Shown here: positions 12,812 to 25,049 of the stretch, piece after piece
Numbering within the stretch: the stretch's first letter is position 1
How the letters are laid out: the number at the start of each line of letters is the position of its first letter
Source: Euprymna scolopes
Taxonomy: Eukaryota
Length of the DNA stretch: 64,000 nt
Reading direction: 5' to 3' (one strand)
NCBI GenBank assembly: GCA_053919585.1
Contig: CM132808.1
Notes under the pieces: model-generated
What the model was told of the DNA's origin: nothing
Database searches by the model: none
What the model saw: only the letters and a program-made list of their open reading frames with translations
Translations under genes and position numbers: made by a program

Positions 12812-13640
12812 TTATTACTATAAATAACTACTTGTTACTATAGCTCGCAACTTGTTATTATAGACTAGTACTTATCATTCTAGATCACAATTACTATAGA
12901 TCGCTACTTATTACTATATATAGCTACATATAAATTGCTACTTATCAATACATATACTTGCGTTTCACTATAGATGGTTACATTACTATAGATCGCTACT
13001 TATTACTATATTATACTTAAAACTGTAAATAATTACATATAAATATAAATGTCCATAAATCACTATAGATCACTAGTGGTTACTATAGATCGTTATTATA
13101 TACAACAGGTCTCTATTTATTCAATATCGCTACTTATTAATATTAGCTGGTTATAGCCATAGATCGCTACTTATTACAATAGATCACTACATTACGATAG
13201 ATCGTTACTTATACCTATAGATCAATACTTATTACTATAGATTAATACTAATTACTATGGATCAATACTTATTACTATAAATCAATATTATTACGATAGA
13301 TCAATACTCAATACTATAGTTTACTACTTATTATAGATCCGGATTTACTACTATAGACCAATACTTTTACAAGAGATCAATATTAATACTATATATTCAT
13401 GCGTATTAGTCTAGATCAATACGTATAACTATCTATCGCTTCTTCTACTAGAGATCAATTACTAATATAAGTCACAGTTTCTAAATATATGTCAATACGT
13501 GTCAAAGCTCTGTACTACAAATATCTACATAACAATATAGATCGCTATATATCGAAATAGATTAATACTTATTATAATAAATAAATAATTACTATAGATC
13601 ATTACTAATAACCAGATATCGCAACTTATCATTACATATT
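12812..13640. repeat. Diverged ~20-bp tandem minisatellite, consensus TACTATAGATCGCTACTTAT
   Basis: Repeated TATAGATC(G/A)(C/A)TACTTATTAC units throughout the interval. Confidence 0.9.
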
Positions 13641-13650
13641 TCTTCTTATG

Positions 13651-13687
<37 letters not shown>

Positions 13688-13694
<7 letters not shown>

Positions 13695-14297
13695 GTCCAT
13701 AAAGTCCGTGTGCACTTTAAACAATTTCTAACTTTATTTGCATTTATAGAAATAATCTGTAAAATGGATTTGAAAGGAGTTAATCTATATTTTTAAGCTT
13801 TTAATTGAAATTTTATTTAACTTTCCACAAGCCCTCCATTATTAGCAATACAAAGGGTAATACGATTTTGCAGTTCACGAAAAACATTTGCCAAATGATT
13901 TATAGTAATGCCTGAAATCACATTAGTTATTCTAGCTTTCAAATCTTCCAATGAACTAGGTTTGGTTGCATACACATGTTTTCACATGTCCCCATAAAAA
14001 ATCTAATGGAGTCAAATCTGGCGAACGTGGAGACCAATGAAATGGTCCACCCCTTCCGATTCATCTGTTAGGAAATTCCTGATTTAGAAACTGTCTAACA
14101 CGCCCAGCAAAGTGACAAGGAGCTCCATCTTGTTGAAACACTGTATCATCTTTCAAGTTTAATTGTTCAAGTTGCGGAATAAAGTAATTCTGCAACATAT
14201 CTAAGTAGCTGTCACTGTTAATAACACGATGTTAAAAAAACATGGCCCTATGATTCGATTTATTCCCAAAGCACACCACACATTAACTACAGTTTCA
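13688..14297 (-). mobile_element. Tc1/mariner-superfamily transposon, 3' part
   Basis: Minus strand encodes FQQDGAPCHF and WSPRSPDLTPLDF.WG. TIR-like AGGTGTCCATAAAGTC lies next to (TA)n. Confidence 0.85.
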
Positions 14298-14523
14298 NNN
14301 NNNNNNNNNNNNNNNNNNNNNNNNNNNNNNNNNNNNNNNNNNNNNNNNNNNNNNNNNNNNNNNNNNNNNNNNNNNNNNNNNNNNNNNNNNNNNNNNNNNN
14401 NNNNNNNNNNNNNNNNNNNNNNNNNNNNNNNNNNNNNNNNNNNNNNNNNNNNNNNNNNNNNNNNNNNNNNNNNNNNNNNNNNNNNNNNNNNNNNNNNNNN
14501 NNTATAATATAATGCTCATCATC

Positions 14524-14638
14524 TCACCGGTTAGCGTAATGGTTAGGAGACTTGACTGTCGTACAGGCGGTCGGGTTTCAGTCCTGGTTTGAGATAGTTA
14601 CATGTCTAGCCGCACTGATGAGCTGTGAAAAGGTGAAA
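14524..14638 (+). mobile_element. tRNA-headed SINE with 3' hammerhead (family 1), truncated by gap
   Basis: A box TAGCGTAATGG and B-box-like GGGTTTCAGTCC, then CA-CUGAUGA-GCUGUGAAAAGGU-GAAA. Colinear with 39380-39517. Confidence 0.75.
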
Positions 14639-15789
14639 NNNNNNNNNNNNNNNNNNNNNNNNNNNNNNNNNNNNNNNNNNNNNNNNNNNNNNNNNNNNNN
14701 NNNNNNNNNNNNNNNNNNNNNNNNNNNNNNNNNNNNNNNNNNNNNNNNNNNNNNNNNNNNNNNNNNNNNNNNNNNCTATATCAAATCGCATACACATGTA
14801 TGTATGTGTATAATAAATGCATCTGGCCAGATCAAAAGTCGGTACTAGTTAACATTTAATCAGCGTGTCGTCACTTTAATGAACTGTCTACGTCAGGTCA
14901 GTCTCATCCGATTGAGCGATCAAAGGTTCTATATTATAATGACGGTCATAAAATGGCAGACGAGACGCCGCCACTTGCCTGTAGATATACATGGTATTAA
15001 TCGGAAATGGCGTACACTAGAATTTACGCATGGAGAATAAATGGGTTGAACGGCTGCTCGTCCATTTCAGATAAAAAGAGAAAGAAACGGATGAAGGTAA
15101 TAACATTGGACATCGTAAAAAAATAAAACGTTTCCTGCATTGGCAAAGACAGACGCGTAAAATTCTAATGGGATCGATGGTTGGTATGTTAGGAGTTACA
15201 TCATATCGATATTGACTGTGTTATTTCATGTCAAAACGGATATCAGATTAAGAGTTCCCAATTAATTGATCTCGGGCCAGTATTGGAGAGTGACTGAATG
15301 TTACAGCATAATTTAAAGCCCGGAAATGAGAAAGTTTTCTTTCTATAACTTATAATCTATTTTAGCAGAATATCGAAATCTTTTTGAGGCAATCCGCGTT
15401 ACCTATCATGACTTATGGCTATATTTAATGTGTTAACCTCGTGAATTAGATGAAATGTTGCATTCGAAATTCCGAGCAGATTGCCACTTTCGACAATATA
15501 CACATGAAGTAGGTCAGACGTTACATCGGACAAAACGTTTGGAGTAAAAATATCAACAGGAAAACAGTTGGAATAACGAAAATTTCAAATAACCCTCATC
15601 TGTAAAAATATAGAAAATTATTAATAATTATATTATTAATAATCATATTATTAATAATTATATTATTAATAATTATATTATTAAAAATTATATTATTGCT
15701 AGATTAATAATTATAATATTAATAATATTAATAATAATCATAATATTAATAATTATATGATTGCTAGATTAATTACTACATGTATTTGG

Positions 15790-16315
15790 ATTATTGTTTC
15801 ATCATTGGAATATTTGTATTTTCATTTCTTTATTTGCGAACTGTTATACTCATCTACATAGTTGTCGTTTCGCGACGTTTCGGCTAACTCATCCTCTGGC
15901 CTTCATCTAGTGGTTAAATGCGACGGGATAATTACTGCCGTCCATAGGTGTCGTCTCATCACGTGTTGATCAACTAATCTTCCGGGCGGTTTTAGGTTGG
16001 ATTGAAACTGAGCCCCGTGGCGCAGTGGATAGAGGCGTTGCATCTCTACGGTTTCAGATGAGTATTATTTGAACATAATGGATTCAATCTTACCTAAAGT
16101 CGACCAGAGAATTTGCTGGCCAAAACGTGGTAAGACGAGAAAGACTATGGAAGCTAGTAATTACTGAGGATACAGTTAAGAGACTGAGCATTGCTTTCCA
16201 GTGGCTGTTAAGCACCTGACGAACACCAGCAGAATAGTTGACCGAAACGTCATGAAATAATAACTAATAATAATATAAAGATGAGGATAACAACCCGCAA
16301 ATAAATAAAAGTATT
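15790..16315. mobile_element. PLE-type inverted pseudo-LTR pair, each arm with a minimal hammerhead (15871-15913 minus; 16213-16254 plus)
   Basis: Minus: CA-CUAGAUGAA-GGC..GCC-GAA-ACGU-C. Plus: CAC-CUGACGAA..CC-GAA-ACGU-C-AUG. Both are followed by related AT-rich tails (GATGAG.ATAACA..CGCAAATAAA). Confidence 0.65.
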
Positions 16316-16884
16316 CGGAACTCGTGAAGTTCTTGTAAGGTCAATGGTTTATATGCTTTGACTTTGAATGTATCGAGTGTTAATACATGTCAAACCAGAT
16401 GTCATGTAGATCAGGAGTATCCAACGAATTGCTGTCGAACTACAATTATGAGGTTATTGAATATCGTAGAAGTGTGATGTGACCGTCTCCGGGAGTGGTA
16501 GGGCTCCATATTGGGGGGGGGGGGAGATTGAGACTCCCGAAACACTGGAGAATGCCGGGCAGATATGATTGTTTTATTGTTAAGTATTGTTGTATGCCCT
16601 GACAACAGCAACCAACCCTACTGAAAGGAAGAATCAAGTTATCAATTTTATCATTTTTATGAAACCGACATATAAATCTAATTGTTTAGTAAAAGTGACA
16701 ATTTGATATCATTTTGAGAAACATAACGAAATATAATCTTGTTTTTGGTGCCAGCGAGCCTCAATTCAAGGCCGAGGGGGAACGGGGTTAACTTTTTCCG
16801 ATCGTGAGAAACACACCTGGGAGCGTTCGCAGATTCGCAGGTACTTATAGGGAATAGGGGATTCTCCTGCGATGGCGTACTTAC

Positions 16885-18045
16885 TGGCGATTGGTCTAGG
16901 GAGCAACCGAACCTACCCCGATACCTTCGTACATAAACAAGTCACCGCCTCAAAATCGTCAGTTGGAGAGAGTTCAAGCATAGTTTTTGAGCGAATCTAA
17001 TACTAATTGAAGAGTCGTCGCCACTACTCTCTTCCCGTTTATCACTATCGCAAAACTGAGAGTAATTAAATCTAATTCTGGTTCAGTAGCGTTTTGTAAA
17101 AAATCAACAAGTGAACAATTTTATATCAGCTTATAACATATTTTGTATATCTAACTTGAATTAACCAAGTAGAATATATCTGAGTTCGCTTTTCTTTCGT
17201 GTGCATTGGAAATCTATTCACTTCCAGCGTAACAGCGGCATATCAACCCGAAGGAGAAATCGACTCCGACCAAATCGATCAGCGAGTCCTAATGTGCTGA
17301 GAGATCTTGCGAAGAATTCCCTGCGAAGAACGAGCACGGGTTACCTTGATATTTGTGACCGAAAATTGATTCGTATGTGACAAGGAGATCCCTATTTAGG
17401 GATCGCTGAGGGTTCGCAAAATAAATAAAGAATCGGAATTTTTTTATATACATAACTTACAATTTATTTCAGTAGAATATTGATATACTTTTAGAACAAC
17501 CCGCTTAACCTATAGTAAATTCTGCAATGGTCAACGTTGGGTTCAACAACGTATGCAGTGTGATTAACGGAAATTCGAAATCTGCCATCTTTTTAACGGC
17601 TGCCAGGGATTCTTCGAGAGGCGATAGCGAAAGCAGAGCCTTAAAAGTAGAGCAACAACATTTGCTATGCTCTATGACTACATTAAGAAGTGTCGCAGCG
17701 ACTTCCAAGCAGCAAGAGCATCGCCATTGTCACGTGTTACTGGAATGAGTCTGTCAAAGACGACAACAGCGAGAATGTTTCGGTGCTGAAAGCAAGTCTC
17801 CCGATAGGCTGTGAACTTCAGCGGACCCGAGCGAATGTTTTTAAAACACGGGACAACATGCACAAGTGGCGCTATGTACGGACGCACGGTGTGTTTGCAG
17901 TGCCGACAAGTAGATTATCGCACACGCTCTGTTCTCTAAATAGGCATGTTCCGATGGGGATATCAGGTATGTTTTGGAGAGTGCCCGACGATAGATGTCG
18001 GGATGAAGCGAAATGATATGATTATGGGATATTTTTAAACCCCAG
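16885..18045 (-). other. Repeat-free, CpG-rich segment; candidate non-coding (5'UTR or lncRNA) exon
   Basis: Strong minus-strand acceptor CCTTCCGCTTTTTACTTCCAG ending at 18046. Candidate donors AAG|GTAACC (17344) and CCA|GTAAGT (16884). No long ORF and no microsatellites. Confidence 0.35.
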
Positions 18046-18869
18046 CTGGAAGTAAAAAGCGGAAGGTTCTCATTTAGATCACCAAATTTGCTCTTGAAAC
18101 CTGATGCTCTCTATTTTGCTGATGTAATTCTTACAGTGTTTATAGATTCCTCAAAACCATATAATGTAAAATAAAAACAATAAAATATTTACACGTTTAC
18201 TGTTAGTATTACACTTAAAAAGAATCAGATAATTCACAGCCCCATTTAAAACAAGACAACTTCACACAACTAATCGCATGCATCCCGAGAGCACTGCAAG
18301 CTTATTTGTGAACAGACAGAAATTTTCTCTTTTAACCATGGTTTAAAAAGGGATCTCTAATCTAATGAGTCTCATATTATCAACTAAGCCCCAACCCCCG
18401 CAATGTTGGATCATTTACAAGTATTTTAATGAATGTACTCTGATGCACTCATTACTTTTGTGCTCTCTCGACATACATATCCACGACAAACCCGCTTATC
18501 AACAAAAGCACAAAATGCATTGTTGAGGTCCTTATATGATCAAATGCTTTCTACTCCAATAGCTTCGTCTCTCGTATAACTTGACTTTGGAGTTCTCATC
18601 CCGCTTTCTGCTTCTCTAACTGTAATTACATGCAGGAGTTCAAATTGACCGTAACCAAAATCTTGTTAATCAAGTCAAGGCAAGGTGTGTAAAAAAAGGG
18701 GGACGAAAATGTATAATACACGAGAGCTCTTGGAAAAATAGTGAATTGTTTTATCTGTCATCGCCTTAGAAATGTGTTTTTTGTTTTTTTTAAGATAGTA
18801 TGTACATTAGTTCTAAAGTTTATGTTTTTCGAGTTATAATTATCGTCATTAAAAAGAAGACACTTGCAT

Positions 18870-19531
18870 TATTCTTAAGGCCACCAGAACTAAACAAATT
18901 AAAATTTCGTCTCATCAGACCATAGGATATTGCTCCAGTAATCTATAAGCTTTGTTGACATGTCTTCAGCAAACTGTTTGCTGGCTTTCTTATATATTGC
19001 CTTCAGAAAAGACTTCCTCCTGAGTTGAAAGTCATGAACACAAATTTGAGGAGTAAAAAGAAAAGTGTGTCATACCTACATTCAAGCATGGTGGTGGGAA
19101 TGTAATGGTCTGTGGCTGCATAGATGCTGCATGTATTAGAGAGTTACATTTTATTAGGGGAAACATGAACTCAAAAATGTACTGTCAAATACTGCAACAC
19201 AGCACGATCTCCACCCTCAAGAAACTGAGTCACAGAGTAGTGTTTCAGTATGACAAAGACTCAATACGCAGATCCAAGACAACTACTGCTTTACTGAAGA
19301 GTATGAAGGTAAAGGTGAAGGACTGGCCAAGTATGTCTCCAGATTGAACCTAATAGAACATCGAGCATTCTCAAGCAGAAGGTGGAGGTGCACAAAGTCT
19401 CAAATATCTGTCAGTTCCGCGGCGTCGTAATTGAAGGGTTGAAGAGCATTTACGTGTCTACATATGAGGCTCTGGAAAAACCCATGACAAGGAGAGTAAA
19501 TGAGGTTTAGGATGACGATGGTGGCTACCCG

Positions 19532-19535
<4 letters not shown>
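18870..19535. mobile_element. Tc1 transposase remnant with internal inversion
   Basis: Minus 19030-18880 encodes YWSNILWSDETK. Plus 19070-19530 encodes PTFKHGGGNVMVCGC..VFQYDKD..WPSMSPD.NLIEH. Confidence 0.85.
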
Positions 19536-19569
<34 letters not shown>

Positions 19570-19858
19570 TATATTATCAGATATTGTATATATATCGAGT
19601 ATCATTTAGTAGATCGTCTAGTGCGCGTATTTTACATTTATGTAACAGTTCTAACATGAAACGATTGGCGTGGACGTATCGAAACAGTTGTTAAGATTTG
19701 CTCGACTTCTATGTTAGATGCCGAATTAGAAAAACTACTTAATATATTTCTTGATAATGGCTACCCCCGACATATTGTTAGTAAGATAATTTCTAAGAAG
19801 GTCGGGGACTTTAATACTAATAGATTCATATGCCCTTCCCGGTGTCCGATTTACCTAG

Positions 19859-20368
19859 TTGCGATGGTTGGGTTCAGCAGGTGATAACATCATCAAAAAG
19901 ATTGTTCACCAGACCCATAATTGTTTCCCCGCCAGTTTAGTCCGCCCTGTTTTTACCACTCGAAAATTCTTTTCTTCCTTTCAGAAAGATGTTTTGCCCA
20001 CCATTCAAAGTAGTCTTGTCGTCTATAAATGTAAGTGTCAGTGTGGAGCTGACTACGTGGGCAGAACGAGTCACAGATTGGAGGTCAGAATTTCCAAACA
20101 TGCCCCTTTATATATACGACAGGGTAGGTTAGACTCCTCTGCACGATCACGTGTTTCTGCTACCGCGATCGGTGATCACCTGACCAGTTCAAATAAATGT
20201 GCGAGTGAGTACACACCGGAGTTGTTCTCTATTTTGCACGGGCCTAGGTCTGTTCAACATCTCGGATTCTTGGAGGCCCTTACAATAAACTGTTGCAGAC
20301 CTGTTCTTTGCAAACAAATGGACCACATACGTTCGTTTAACGTTTTTAAACAGGCGCCACCAGGTTAA
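19859..20368 (+). pseudogene. PLE GIY-YIG endonuclease domain fragment
   Basis: SLVVYKCKCQCGADYVGRTSHRLEVRISKH..SATAIGDHL..FLEALTI..P.LCKQ: VVY/YVG motif, catalytic Arg and Glu, and CxC. Confidence 0.88.
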
Positions 20369-20443
20369 TTTCTACGCGTTGTTTTCTGTCCCCCCCCCCT
20401 CATAGAAATTACTTCATGCCAATATTACTTCATTCCGACATTT

Positions 20444-20478
20444 ACTTCTGAAGACAGTCGGCGAAAAGTACTTCAAGT
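20444..20478 (+). ncRNA. Minimal type I hammerhead (stem II eroded)
   Basis: ACUU-CUGAAGA-CAGUCGGC-GAA-AAGUACUU-C-AAGU: palindromic stem III, UUC triplet, 4-bp stem I. Starts 76 nt after the GIY-YIG stop. Confidence 0.75.
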
Positions 20479-20667
20479 TTCTTCACCGTTCCCCCTTTTC
20501 TTTTCTTTTCTCCCCCTTTTAATCGATCTTCTTCTTTTTCAATTTATTTTTCTTACTTTTAGTCGATCCTGTTTCTTTTTACATTATAGTCGATCTTTTT
20601 TTATAAGGTTAAAAAAAATGTCCCACTGCGCTTTTAAACTATTACAATTCTGTTGTACTTCGAATTT

Positions 20668-20735
<68 letters not shown>

Positions 20736-20736
<1 letters not shown>

Positions 20737-21590
20737 TTGCATTTCAGTCCGGCGTTGGCCGACTGTTTGGATATGTCTGTTGAGCAAAAAAAAAAAAATA
20801 GTAGTAAGAACGCAGGCTCGAACCCGTACCGCGAAGGAGGAAAAGAACGGGGTAAAAACCTGACGTCTATGCTGTTACGACCACCGCCAAACTGGAAGCG
20901 ACAGTTTTTTAAAAATTAAGGCTAGACAATCTAAAGAAGAGGATTACTTTAAAAAATATCGGCGAAAAAAGTGTCCCCCCTGTAGAAAAGTGCCTAGTTG
21001 AAGGTGAAGATACTAATGTTTTAGCCAATTTTTCCATATTTGTCGTATGAAAGCTCGAACTTCACAACGATACTAATCTTGGTAAAATCCGTTGCCTCTG
21101 TCGAAAGTTTTAGGCAAACATGCCAACATACATACATACATTTATATATTGGTAACTAAAAATGTTCGACCCAAACCAATGGAAAAACTCTCCCTATCTC
21201 CGAATACCCTTTATGTAAAATTGCAAAAATTAAGACCAGAAATTGTGTGAGTAATTTGGAAGAGACCGCAGAGCTCATTTTTTTTTTAATTTTAACTTTT
21301 TTGACTTCTTAACATGTATTGTTTTGGGCTCAAATCAATTTATTAAGTTAGATCCATGTCAAAGGAACGTATATCTAAAATTTCAAGCGTTTAGACCCAA
21401 AATTCTCGGAGGAGTTTGGTAGAGTTCTCAAAATTCAAATTGTTGAATTTTGACCCCTTAACAGACAAATGTCTGACCGAAAACCGATCATATAGATTTT
21501 CCCAAATCTCAGTACTCTGTATATCAAATTTCGAGTCTGTAGACTAAAAATTGACAGAGTTATTGCATAGGGAAATGTACACAGACACAC
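20736..21590 (-). mobile_element. Non-autonomous Helitron-like element
   Basis: Minus-strand 3' hairpin CGGCCAACGCCG..GCAAG|T next to (TA)n. Colinear with 40603-41509. Confidence 0.75.
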
Positions 21591-21725
21591 NNNNNNNNNN
21601 NNNNNNNNNNNNNNNNNNNNNNNNNNNNNNNNNNNNNNNNNNNNNNNNNNNNNNNNNNNNNNNNNNNNNNNNNNNNNNNNNNNNNNNNNNNNNNNNNNNN
21701 NNNNNNNNNNNNNNNNNNNNNNNNN

Positions 21726-22865
21726 GAAAGAAAGATGTATATTTAAATAAGGGGGTAGTCACCGACAATGTGTATTTTTTAACATTATCTTATTATTCCG
21801 TCTTGGTTTTAATTGAGAATTATGTTTAGATCATTGTCATAATGTTTTTAAATCATTGAAATCGTTTTTAACGCGTTTCAGACGTTCTGTGAAGCGTCCT
21901 CTTCAGAAATTATTTTCAAAATGTGTTGGAGATGTAAAAATAGCATTTTCGTAGTTTATTTGAAATGCTTCCAAACCCCCCTGTCTCCCCCTGTCTAAGT
22001 CATGAGAGATTTCTCCTCCACTGACTGAACGGGGGGCGAGGTGTTGGAACAGACAACTATCATCCATTCTATCATCCCCCTCCCATACCTATACCCCTCC
22101 AATTGCCCCTCCTCTCTGGGGAACGAGATCTTTCCCACACTAGGAACCGATCCTGGGTCTGGCCATACCCATGTGGGGAGACAAATAAATAGAAACATTA
22201 AAAAATTCCCTGTACATAATTTTAAATACACCCCTCTATCTAAATAAACATAATATAAAGAATACCCGAACAGTCTAAGACTGAAACGAAAAATCACAAT
22301 ACTAAATTCTAAGAATCTAAAAAATAAATATCAAAATAGAATGAAAGCATACCTACCCTTATTTCAGAAGAGCTGGCTCCTCCCTTCCTCACACATACAC
22401 ATTAGTAACGACCTTGGATCACAGTCACCTTCCTTCATAAGACTATAACACAGTACACACATTCTTCAACCCAATAAAACACACACACACACACATCCTA
22501 CCCTAAAGGAAAAGAAAAACACAAGCAGAAAGAGAGAGTGAGAAAGAGAAACACAACACAGGAGTGACCACAACCGATAAAACAGTAATAAAAATTGAAC
22601 ATTCCAATGAATAGTAGACACTTACACGTTTCCACCTCTTGGAAACATTTCAAATGAATTACGAAAATACTATTTTTACATCTCCAACACATTTTGAAAA
22701 TAATTTCTGAAGAGGACGCTTCACAGAACGTCTGAAACGCGTTAAAAACGATTTCAATGATTTAAAAACATTATGACAATGATCTAATCATAATTCTTAA
22801 TGAAAAACCAAGACACGGAATAATAAAATAATGTTAAAAAATACATATTGTCGGTGACTACCCCC

Positions 22866-22872
<7 letters not shown>
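21726..22872 (+). mobile_element. Non-coding PLE-type insertion bounded by ~230-bp inverted pseudo-LTRs, each with a hammerhead (21867-21909 minus; 22704-22746 plus)
   Basis: Arms 21744-21974 and 22639-22872 are nearly identical. Both contain UUU-CUGAAGA-GGACG..CGUCU-GAA-ACGCGU-U-AAA. Confidence 0.85.
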
Positions 22873-22947
<75 letters not shown>

Positions 22948-22952
22948 GATCT

Positions 22953-23220
22953 TGTCCTGGATATGACCTTAAACTATATCTGATGGTGAGGCGCCAGCTT
23001 GCGGGCTTTGGGGGGAGTGTGGGAGTCACCTTTTAATTGCCATTGCTCTCAGGTCCACTCTGACCATGAGTGGTAGTCCCTGTTAGGGACCCAACTATGG
23101 GTTAAATAGAAACCGACTTAAAAAACAAATATTAAAAATCGTTCTACAAAATTACTGGATTCGGCATTAAATAACCTGTAAAGGTTTGATATGCCGTAAA
23201 ACAAAAACAATCACCAACCA
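22953..23220 (+). mobile_element. 5'-truncated SINE-like retroposon with 11-bp target-site duplication
   Basis: ACAGAAGATCT at 22942-22952 and 23221-23231. 3' hairpin GGCATTAAATAACCT..AGGTTTGATATGCC and an (AAAC/AACC) tail. Confidence 0.8.
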
Positions 23221-23995
23221 ACAGAAGATCTAATCAGCTTATACATTTATATACGTTTGTAGAACAAATAAATATGTTGCAAAAGTAGAATATATACGTG
23301 TCTCTAAATACTTGAAAATATTAAGACTTCGAAGCGCAAATATAAATGTCAGAGGCATATTGCATCAACAAAACCGTAATTGCTCGACGGATCTAAAATA
23401 GTGTATCGCCTTAATATATTATGCGTTATTAATAATAGCATTATATCGTGTCCGTTTTCCGCTGAAAATAAGCCCCTTACTTTATAAATGCATTTGTCAT
23501 ACCAAAGCTGTTTTATAAAAATGTTGCAAGATCACGTTGGAGACTATTTCGGTATGTAAAGCACTTTAATATTTAAGTATTTCACAGATTTTAAAATAAA
23601 TTGATCCTCATAAAATTCGGTGATTTGATGTGCACGAGACGACAGAAACATTTATATTCCACCATTTTATTTCCAGTTATTTTATTGTAGATTTTTATGA
23701 AATATTATTTTCAGTTTGTCTTATTTCTTTAGATTTAATATAGTAAACTTACAAGTTAATAAAATCGCTGGCAACGTACACACACACACACATCCACACA
23801 CACACGCATATATATATATGTGTATATGTATGTATATATATATGTATGTATGTATGTATGTATATATACTAGCATAAGTCATAAGATACGCTTAAATATA
23901 GTAATGCAATTAATGAAGATGATATATTTATTATTATACAGAGAATTCTCTTTCGATTGTTATACTGAATCTAATAGATGTAGTTGTGGCATCAA

Positions 23996-24049
<54 letters not shown>

Positions 24050-24141
24050 CTTGAGTATCTTAAGCTAGATTTGAAAGCACACCATACAATTCTCAACCTT
24101 AATTACATAGCATTTGAGCTACGTCCATAATATATATATAT

Positions 24142-24425
24142 TAATGTGATTGATAATTTAAAATTCAAATTAGAATTAAAAATTAAAGATCTGTTTCATT
24201 TGTTGTTGTTTGTGTTCCTTCTTATGAAACAGATTTTTAATTTGTAATTCTGAGTTCTAATTTTAATTTTAAATTATCAATCACATTACTAAATATTAAA
24301 GTAGCTCTAGGATATTTGCCTATCGAGCTTATTATATATCTAAATTACCACGAGCACTGTTCTTTTTTTGTATTTTAATTAAATTAGTAATTTTACTATC
24401 ACATTAAAATACATTCTGCTCTTAA
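24142..24425. repeat. AT-rich interspersed repeat with internal inverted arms; second rearranged copy at 27991-28140
   Basis: Arms 24142-24199 and 24224-24288. 24300-24425 is the reverse complement of 27991-28116. Confidence 0.7.
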
Positions 24426-24648
24426 GACTACTGTGCTAACCCCTTTTAAATTATATGTATATGTATATATATTTCTTAAGAAATATATTTTCTGATAATA
24501 TTATATTATTATATATCAATCCTTATTTAAGAAGCTCAATGTAATTTCAGAGCAATATAGAGAATTAATGACAAAAAGTTATAATGCAAAATTTATGATG
24601 TTGACTATCTTATGATTTATTCCTTTAAACCAGTTGGTTTATATAATT

Positions 24649-24719
<71 letters not shown>

Positions 24720-25049
24720 ATATTGGTAGAGAGGCTGGTTGATATCGGTTGATAAATTAGGAAATAAGCATAACGGAATAAGAAATAGTTTTTTTTAATC
24801 TCTTAGGGAACGCCTGCGGCGAAGAGTAATTTAAATTCAATGAATAAAAAATAAATAAGTAATAATAACAAACAAATGAACGCACTAGCGTTCGATGCGT
24901 ACACACACACACACACACCCTCCCTCCCTCTGAAAATGCAATGCGCGAGAGAGCCCACTATCAGCGAAGCTGATGAAAAGGGATGAGAGAGAAAGAAAAA
25001 GTGAAATCAACGCGGAAGAAAAAAAAGGAGTTTTGAACTGAGCATTCTT

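Larger units (their letters stand above)
19650..20600 (+). mobile_element. 5'-truncated Penelope-like element
   Basis: ELEKLLNIFLDNGYP linker followed by a GIY-YIG ORF. HHR motifs lie upstream (19651-19696, degenerate) and downstream (20444-20478). Confidence 0.85.

Noticed and set aside
17505-18016. Short overlapping ORFs (67-108 aa) in the CpG-rich island
   Set aside because: No recognisable domain, and ORFs on both strands are expected from the higher GC content.
18903-18920. CUGAUGAGACGAAA on the minus strand resembling a hammerhead core
   Set aside because: It encodes SDETK of the Tc1 transposase, and stems I-III cannot form.
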